Origin: Octopus vulgaris
Lineage: Eukaryota
Direction: 5' to 3'
NCBI GenBank assembly: GCA_951406725.2
Contig: OX597825.1
Coordinates: forward strand, 53,878,001 to 53,942,000
Length of the DNA stretch: 64,000 nt
The notes beneath the pieces were generated by a model, which saw only the letters and a program-made list of their open reading frames with translations, did not search any database and was not told the origin of the DNA. Both the position numbers and the translations under genes were made by a program. Within the stretch, counting starts at the first letter, position 1, and each line of letters begins with the position of its first letter. This document shows positions 56,314-64,000 of this stretch, one piece after another.

Positions 56314-57613
56314 TGTCTTTGTTTTGGCACTGCGGCCATTTACACAGAGAGGACACCAGAAGGACAGACAGAAAACCACAGTGGCGACAAAAAACATAAA
56401 ACGAACGAAAAATGTTTAAAATGTATAATGAAATCGATGATGATGAAATGGCTGCATTGAGCAACAATCACAAACATTACCGTTTAACAGTTAATTTATA
56501 CAATTTTTTTAAAGTTTTCTGTTGCCATTTTGGAATTTTTTTTTCCTCTTTATTTCTATATTTTTACTGTTTTTTAGAAAGTTTATTTCTTCTATATTTT
56601 ATTTTTAAAGGACTTCTCTATTACCATTCATTAAGGGTATTAACTCTTCGTATTTAACTAATTCTGGTAGTTTCTCAAATTCAATCTGTTCGCCCCAATG
56701 TTTCACATCATCTTCAAATAATAGTTTCAACCTTTTGTACTTTTCCTTGTCAATCACCACTCCCTTGATGTGTTCCAGGTAACATTTTGCTGGCAATTTA
56801 ATCATTATGGCACCTTTGGACTTCGTTATTTTCCGTTCTATGGCGGTGATTTTCACATATATGACCATATACCACCTTTTATTACTCGCATTTACTTGCT
56901 TATGCTCCGGACCTGGGCCATCCAGGCTAGTCGCTTCCTTTGGTTCCCCCATCTGTACATAAAAATAATCGTCCGTGATTATATCTTCCACCCAAATGTT
57001 TTGATACCTCTGCTGGTATGTCTAACCAGTTCCTTGGTACCTCCTCTATGTTATCGTCTACTTTCTTCATTCGTTTTTGGCTCTCTGGCGGAGAATTGCC
57101 CGCTCTTTCCACTTTCGCCTATTTACGACTGTAAACGTCACCTCGTTGTTTTCCTTTATTTCCGGCTCCTCCTCTTCGGCGGGCTGTCCTTCGTGTTTTT
57201 GTTCTCCCACATTATTTTGGGGGCACCTTCCTCTCATGTGCCCTTTTTTTTACATAGAAAACATGATGGAGGTCTTCCCTCCACTTAACGTAATATCTTC
57301 TGGTAGAAGAATCTCCTCTACAATTCCGTGTAGGTACTTTTATCCAACTTGAATCACCATCGCTAGGCCGTAGCCCCAAGAATTAACTTTTTTCGCTATA
57401 GTTACTATAAGGATCCTTGCATCTTTCTCCATTCCATGCATGACTGCTACCACCAGCCATACCTCTTCGATGTCGGAGGGCTCTCTGCCGACTCTCACTC
57501 TAGCAACACGTTTGCCACACTACGTCGGTAGCGGCACATACTCTTGTGAAACGATCGGCTTAGTGGAGTGATTAATAGCATCCTCTTCATTGGAGAACCT
57601 ATCCTCCACTGCG
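56314..57613 (-). mobile_element. 5'-truncated ORF1-only element E, close relative of C
   Basis: 57300-57612 aligns with 55480-55790. ORF 56605-56991 carries the shared C-terminal domain. Shared tail. Confidence 0.78.
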
Positions 57614-59008
57614 CTAAGTCCGGTTTTCGTCTGTTTTCATTGATTGCCTGTCCCAAGTACTTTAAGTTTGTTTTTAAAAAATCGCATTTCTTTTCACTTA
57701 CCTTAAATTTATAGTCGCTTATTCTTTTAAAAACATTTTTAACATGTACAGAATTCAGGTCCTCGATTCACTTTTGATCAATATGTCATCCAAGTATGGG
57801 ACCGCAAAATGACAGTCTGCGTGCATAGTGTCCATGACTTGCTGAAATATTGCTAGTGCGAACTTAACCTCAAATGGCTGTCTTTGAAGCGGTACAGACC
57901 TTTATGAGTATTAGTTGTTAATATTTTAGCAGATTGTTTAGTAATTGGAGGTAGGCCTCTGACAAATATAGCTTGTAATTTTTTAAACAATCATTAAGAC
58001 GAGTTGCGAAGTTCGCACGTACTCTTATTTTGTTGTTTTTCTTTTTTATATATCCAGTAGAAGCCACCCATTGTGAGTAGTCTACTTTTTTGATTACCTC
58101 CATGTCTTCCAATCTTTTCAGTTCCTTCTCAGCTTGATTTAACTCCGTAAAAGGCACATTCCTTTTCGGTTTGAACACCGGTACTGCATTTTCTTTCAAA
58201 TTAAACTTTACTTTGATTCTTTTACACGTTCCGAGTTCCTTCAAGGATACATCAGTGTACATCTTCTTTAATTTTAATTTCAATTTTTCCGATGTATTAT
58301 CTGACATGGACATATGGACACATTCACCTTATTACATAATGTATTCAATGGTAGGTCGAATTCTTCCATTAAATCTGTACCGAACAGATTCATTGTATTT
58401 TTAGATACCATTATTTTTAGATACCATTATTTCTCAAGCCCTTTATCAAATATTAGGCACTTGAACATATCTGACATTAATTCTCCAAGCTTAAACCTTT
58501 CACAAGCCGTATTAATAATACCGCTATTAAGCATTCTCACCGAATGTTAAACAGCGAATATTTTCGCTAAAAATACTAGTCAAAATTTTTATCGTTTCAT
58601 CAAAACACAATTCCGCGGGCTTTCTCGGTAAAATAAAGTTAGAAAAACTCTCGTGTTCCAGAGCCTTACCTTCCGTTCACACGACCATCCCTTACGTTCC
58701 TATCTGAATATGTCCTCGTATTGTCTGTAATACCTGGTAAAGGTAGTTCATTCATCGGGAAAGTACTGGAATACTTCGATAGAGTTTGCAACATCATTGC
58801 AAAGTGATTCTGTCGTATTTCTCGACTGCAGTAACAACTCTGTTACCTTCACTAGTTGCTGCTACTCTTGTTGTTTTACGACTGCTTTCAGTAGATCTCC
58901 CATTTCGGTACTACTTTTAGTTTCAATCTTGTTCGAATCCTCGGTACTGTTCGAAACCTCGCGCTACTGTTGTATCAGTGGAGATATTAACCGAATGCTC
59001 GTCGCCAC
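57614..59008 (-). mobile_element. Mag-like Ty3/Gypsy internal region: PBS, gag relic, RT relic
   Basis: PBS TGGCGACGAG (59007-58998) is complementary to the tRNA-Ser(GCU) 3' end. Gag VANSIEVFQYFPDE...YRQYEDIF. Pol PVFKPKRNVPF...ELKRLEDMEVIKKVDYSQW and AVPYLDDILI. Confidence 0.9.
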
Positions 59009-60322
59009 TGTTGTATCGTACGTTCGACGTACGATATAACGGAATTACAAATTACTTCCTCGTAAATCGTTTTACTCAAGATACACAATACTTGTAATTA
59101 CACTCGAACATACGCCGCCCTCGGCTTTATACAGCGCACCGACTCTCAATTTCTTTATTGGCCACTGTGGGCCCAATGCACAGAGGACAGCACAAGGACA
59201 GACAATTCAGGGGTGGGGCATAAAACATGAACGAATTAAGGAAATGAATTATATAATCAATGAGGGTAGAATGGCTACTCCGATCCCCACTCTCGAGCAG
59301 TGCCATTTAACTATTTTTTCCTTCAATGTTCATCGATTTTATATCAAATTTAAACTTACATTATCGGATCATTTATTGTTTCAAGTTCTCGTATTCTATC
59401 ACAGGAGATAGAGAGTTGTATCTCACCTCTGGTACCAGTGGGTCTATGTCATTACCGAAAGTTTCTTTTAGGTTTTTCTTTTTACCTGTCCATTTCTACA
59501 CTTTATGTCTGTTGGGTAGTACCCAACAGGCATTTTAACTCTTATTGCCGATTTAATTTTTAAAAGCTTTCTCTCGATGGCCGTGCTCATCACAATGGTC
59601 ATCAAATATGCCTTATTTTTGTGATTGGCCTGAGAGGTTTGTGTGTCTAATTGTGTATATTTATAGGTTTCTGTTTGAGTTTGTCTATCTGGAGAATCTG
59701 GGCAGTTTGGAATGTTTGGCGGTTTCCTTGGGTGATTTAACAAGGAAAACGACACTGTTCTTTAGAAGCTTACCGACTATCTTTTTCCTTTTAGTGGCCA
59801 CTGTGGGCCCAGTTTAACTGCTTTGTCCTGCCTACCTACAGTATTGCTGCAAGCAACTACATCTCTTTAATCTCAGGGGTAACCCTGTCAATCCTCTCTC
59901 TCGCCTCTCATTTCTCGAGAAAAGTTGGCAGGAGTGCCCATTCATTCCTTTTCAATGTTAAAGTGGAGTACTTTACTGCCCCTTCCACAGTAGGAGAGTG
60001 CACGTCCACGGTGCCAAACTTTCTTCCTCTGCAGAAAAATTCAATGCCACTCCTTATATCTTCCAACCACTCTTCTATATCTTCCTCGCCAGCTATTTCC
60101 ATTTTCTTGCTTGTCAGTTATAGATTGTATAAACCACCATTTTCCCTCTTTGCCTCTTGTTTATATCTTGCAGCTGTGTCAATTTCAGTCTAGACCCCTC
60201 TCGTTGGATTAATTCATTACTGCTTTTTAATATTTCAAAATATGCAGGTACTTCTTTCAAAATCTACAGGTACTTCTCACGACCTGCTACCGGTGCGTAG
60301 ATTTCGACACGTGTTTGCAACA
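59009..60322 (-). mobile_element. Gypsy 5' LTR split by element D: R/U5 at 59009-59149, putative U3 at about 60200-60322
   Basis: Termini TGTTGTA (59009) and TGCAACA (60322) form an inverted pair. Adjacent PBS. A 22-bp tandem repeat (60233-60276) and TATA-like TATTAAAA (minus strand, 60225-60232) lie in the putative U3. Confidence 0.65.
59150..60200 (-). mobile_element. ORF1-only Tx1-related element D (about 1.05 kb, internally deleted)
   Basis: IEFFCRGRKFGTVDV...WALLPTFL (59908-60102), AIERKLLKIKSAIRVKMP (59468-59755) and the shared tail. Confidence 0.75.
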
Positions 60323-61349
60323 TCCGCAGCGATAATTTGCTTATTGGGACCATGCAGCGACTATGCGGCATCGTTTAAATGATTTACAAACTGCTTAAAA
60401 CATTGAAATGTCATTTTAAAATTGTGAAATATGTGTGTTTGCGGGGAAGACAGATAGGAATTTTCCAAATTAGCAACCATCTTACTTTCTCAATTTCAAG
60501 TTACAACTCTCTGTAATCGCAGCTTTTGTGTATAGATCACTTTCGTTTGTTTCATTAGATTTCTCTTGTTCAATAACCACGGGGATTGAGCAACAAACGT
60601 TTACAAGGACTGATTTGTTAGTCACCTCTTGCAAAAGGAAATTTATTTACAAAACCAGTTATGTAATGTTATGATATATACGAGATGTGAAATTTTCTTT
60701 CTAAAGGCGATATGAAAATATTTCTTACGTACATATATCACAACATTGTCCAATACCCTTATATGGATAGATCTGAGTGAGAATTGCTTTCAGTGTCTAG
60801 CATAGCGATAAGCGATAGCACCACGAACCTTCATAGCAAGCAAAACACTTGGTTAAAAATGTTAATACTGTATTTTTATAAGTCTTAAATATATTTCTGA
60901 ATACCTGGTTTCTTAAGCTCGATATTGCTACTCTTTAAATATATTATAACAGATTGTATTGTCAGGGACTTTATAGAGGCAATACGTTTGTTGTAATATT
61001 TTTAACTCTCTGAAGTATCTGTTGAAATCCACTTGTGTTATTAAGATCAACTTCCAGCCGCAGTCCCAGGTACATGTATTTTCTGTACAATATCTTCAAT
61101 ATTTTCATAGCATGACATGGTTGTCATGATTGACAACGCAGAATTTATTGCAAGGAGTATTTTTAGCTTAGTAAGTATAAGGTTGCATACCAGTCGATTT
61201 TTGTAACATTTCTGGAAATGTTTTTCCTGTACTTTTGCAGTATAATTGCACCTTATAACTTATCAACTCTTTACCTGATGAAAAGTCAAGTCTAGATTCA
61301 TATCTAGAAAATATTCCTTAAGGGTGTAATACATGAAGGGCAATTTACA

Positions 61350-62312
61350 GATTGTTCATAACTGAAAAACCAACAACCATGAAATTGTAGAAGCTAGGAA
61401 TTAAATTTGAAGGAAGGAAGTTTCAGTCAGTATTTTTCAAAGACAAAAATCTCTAAAAGAAAATTAGATGAGAAGGGCCGCTGAAACCAAGAAGTACTGA
61501 AGTACACCGATGAATAATTTCGCCAACTCAGGAAAATGTACTAAGGCTAAATTAGATCAAAAGCGCCATTAGATAAGCCTAGACTATTGAGCTAGAATAT
61601 AGGAGTATTCTCCAGCTCAATTTTATACGTGTATATGCCTGCAAATTGCTTGAACTGATAAAATGGAGGCTGCACTGCACTAGAAATTTTCGCAGGAAAT
61701 TTGGTTTGACTCCACGGAAAAGAGCAATTAATATTTTGTGAGAAAAGAAATGTAAATCATCAAAATGGTTTTTCTTATGCAAACCGAAAAAGGAATAAAA
61801 CGCGTAAGACCGTATATTGTAGTTTTCGACAAGAAGAAACTGTGAAATGTAAATGACGTTGTATGCGTATATAACACCAGAGTAAAACAAAAAGAGAAAG
61901 AATGAATAGAACAATATTACGAGGTGAAGTATGAAATACTCAGGAGCTGGAACAGAGAAGTCAAGAAGATCATTATACTGTTGATTATTATTGGTGTTTG
62001 GAACAGTGAGAAAAAAATCTGAGGAAAAAGCAGGAAAAAAGAAAATAAAATTTAAAAACTTCATGAAAGGGAAATGTATGCAGAAAACACGTTTCCTGGT
62101 TTCAGCAAGAATATTTGAAATATTCTCAATATAAAGTAAAAGTACAATGGAAGGGCACGAAAAAAAAAATTCTCACCAGATGGTACAAAATATTTCTGAT
62201 CCTAGTCCACGTGTTGTCGTCGGTGTAATGAGATGAGGGGTGCATAATTAAGCCGGACACACTCCAAACTAGTGAAACGGGAAACAACAACAGTATTAAC
62301 ACCAACAAAAAG
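61350..62312 (+). mobile_element. Ancient R4/Dong-like LINE 3' region ending at (TAA)n
   Basis: Plus-strand QTEKGIKRVRPYIVVFDKKK...TRVKQKEKE*IEQYYEVKYEILRSW...IIIGV...MQKTRFLVSARI is a decayed REL domain; (TAA)n starts at about 62314. Confidence 0.65.
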
Positions 62313-62370
<58 letters not shown>

Positions 62371-62518
62371 CGATGATGATGATGATGATAGCGATTATAA
62401 TAACAACAAAGCAGTAACAACTTTAATCATAATCACAATAATATTCATGATGGTAGAAATAAAACTTTTTGTTGTTATTGTTGTTGTTGTTATTATTATT
62501 ATTATTATTATTATAACA

Positions 62519-62557
<39 letters not shown>

Positions 62558-62628
62558 GTTGTTATTATTATTATTATTATCATTATTGTTGTTGTTGTTG
62601 TTGTTGTTGTTATTATTATTATTATTAA
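62313..62628. repeat. (TAA)n/(GAT)n followed by (TTA/TTG)n microsatellites
   Basis: Directly visible. Confidence 0.95.
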
Positions 62629-63463
62629 GTGAAAACAAACGTTACAATGAAAAATAAGAAGCAAAACAAAGAAACATAAACATCCGTATTAGAAATTTTT
62701 GATCGATTTTTTTTTTATTTTTCATTCAATATCTTTGTTTTAATGTGTCTTTTTCTTCTTTTTTCATGTTTCCTTTTATTGAAACATGATGGTGATGCTG
62801 ATGACGATTTCCTGTTACATTTTGTTTCTTTTCCTATTTTCCTTTTTATTTCCTTCTTTCTTTGTCTTTTTGCGTGGTTTTGCTAGTTCGAAGTAGAAAT
62901 GTGTTTATGGAATAAAATATTTAATGTATAAAAATGTGTGTGTTCTGAGGCAGGCTGGCGTAATAATAGGAAATGAGTTGAAATACAGATGAAGAAAAAT
63001 ATATCGTAAGCATATATAAATTTAAATAAAAAGCATTAAAAGCCACAGAAACAAAAATGAGATCGTATTAAATCAAAGAAAACTCTTAGGAACCTAGTTT
63101 GAACAACAAGAGCAAACATAAGAGGAAATAAAAATAAGATGATCGGAATATATTTTTATATAATTTTTTTTCTCAAAAACACAAAATGAATTTCATGCAT
63201 GAAGTGAGAAATATTGGAATTGTGTTTACGCAAGTAGAAAATATCGCATTGATATATAAGGAATTTCCTTGAATGTTCTAGATTATATTGTTCTGCGTTC
63301 TGTATGCTTTGTTTTACTTTACTGTGTGTGGCTTTGTTCCTTGATATTTATATCCATTTTTTTTAAAGTTAGGCTTTAAGTTCAAAGTTTCATCGCTCAA
63401 TCAATGTAGTTTAATATTTAGTAAATCAAATTCGCTATTCGATTAATATTAAGATACGCACAC

Positions 63464-63518
<55 letters not shown>

Positions 63519-63551
63519 CTTCTGTATAGATATAGGAATATATATTCACAC

Positions 63552-63587
<36 letters not shown>

Positions 63588-63898
63588 GTGTGTCTATGTT
63601 TCTGTGCTTATGAATTCATATATAATTAATTACATACAGACGCACACAGACATACACTCAGACGAACATGCATATATACGATGAATATCGTAGACATAAT
63701 CATCATCATCATCACTATTATGTTCATGAATTTGATCAAGATTATTACGATAGTGTTTTGAGTTACGTCCAGCACTCGATGTGTTGACAATGTTTATTTT
63801 TAGATACCGATAAACATGGTTGTATGTATGTATGTATGTATGAATGTATGAATGCATGTATGCATATGTTTGTATATACATACATACATACATACATG

Positions 63899-63929
<31 letters not shown>

Positions 63930-64000
63930 CCTGTTGCTTATGAAACTAGACAATCGTTGGGCTATTTTGGCTGTGATATGCTACTGAATGTGTGTGGTGT

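Noticed and set aside
61579-62064. 161-aa hydrophobic membrane-protein-like ORF
   Set aside because: Antisense shadow of the A-rich plus-strand R4-like endonuclease relic.

Overview
AT-rich, microsatellite-dense eukaryotic DNA with no confidently identifiable host protein-coding gene. The SINE families and repeat style suggest a coleoid cephalopod such as Octopus (inference). The window is mostly decayed transposable elements: a Tx1/L1-type LINE (1-3.15 kb), four R4/Dong-type restriction-like-endonuclease LINE pieces (three abutting (TAA)n), a Helitron with both termini, Penelope, RTE and CR1/L2-group LINE relics, two Mag-like Ty3/Gypsy remnants, mariner, Tc1 and hAT derivatives, and several tRNA-derived SINEs. 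The most unusual structure is at 52.6-60.3 kb. It is a nest of short minus-strand elements that encode only a Tx1-like ORF1 plus a shared unrecognised C-terminal domain, with no EN or RT (HAL1-like). Three of their 3' ends sit exactly 5 nt from a CGACT motif, including the same nucleotide of two diverged Gypsy LTR copies, between an apparent TATA box and initiator. Their 3' tail is also shared with a local SINE. Most ORF-track entries are microsatellite artefacts. All assignments come from reading motifs by eye; no database searches were run.
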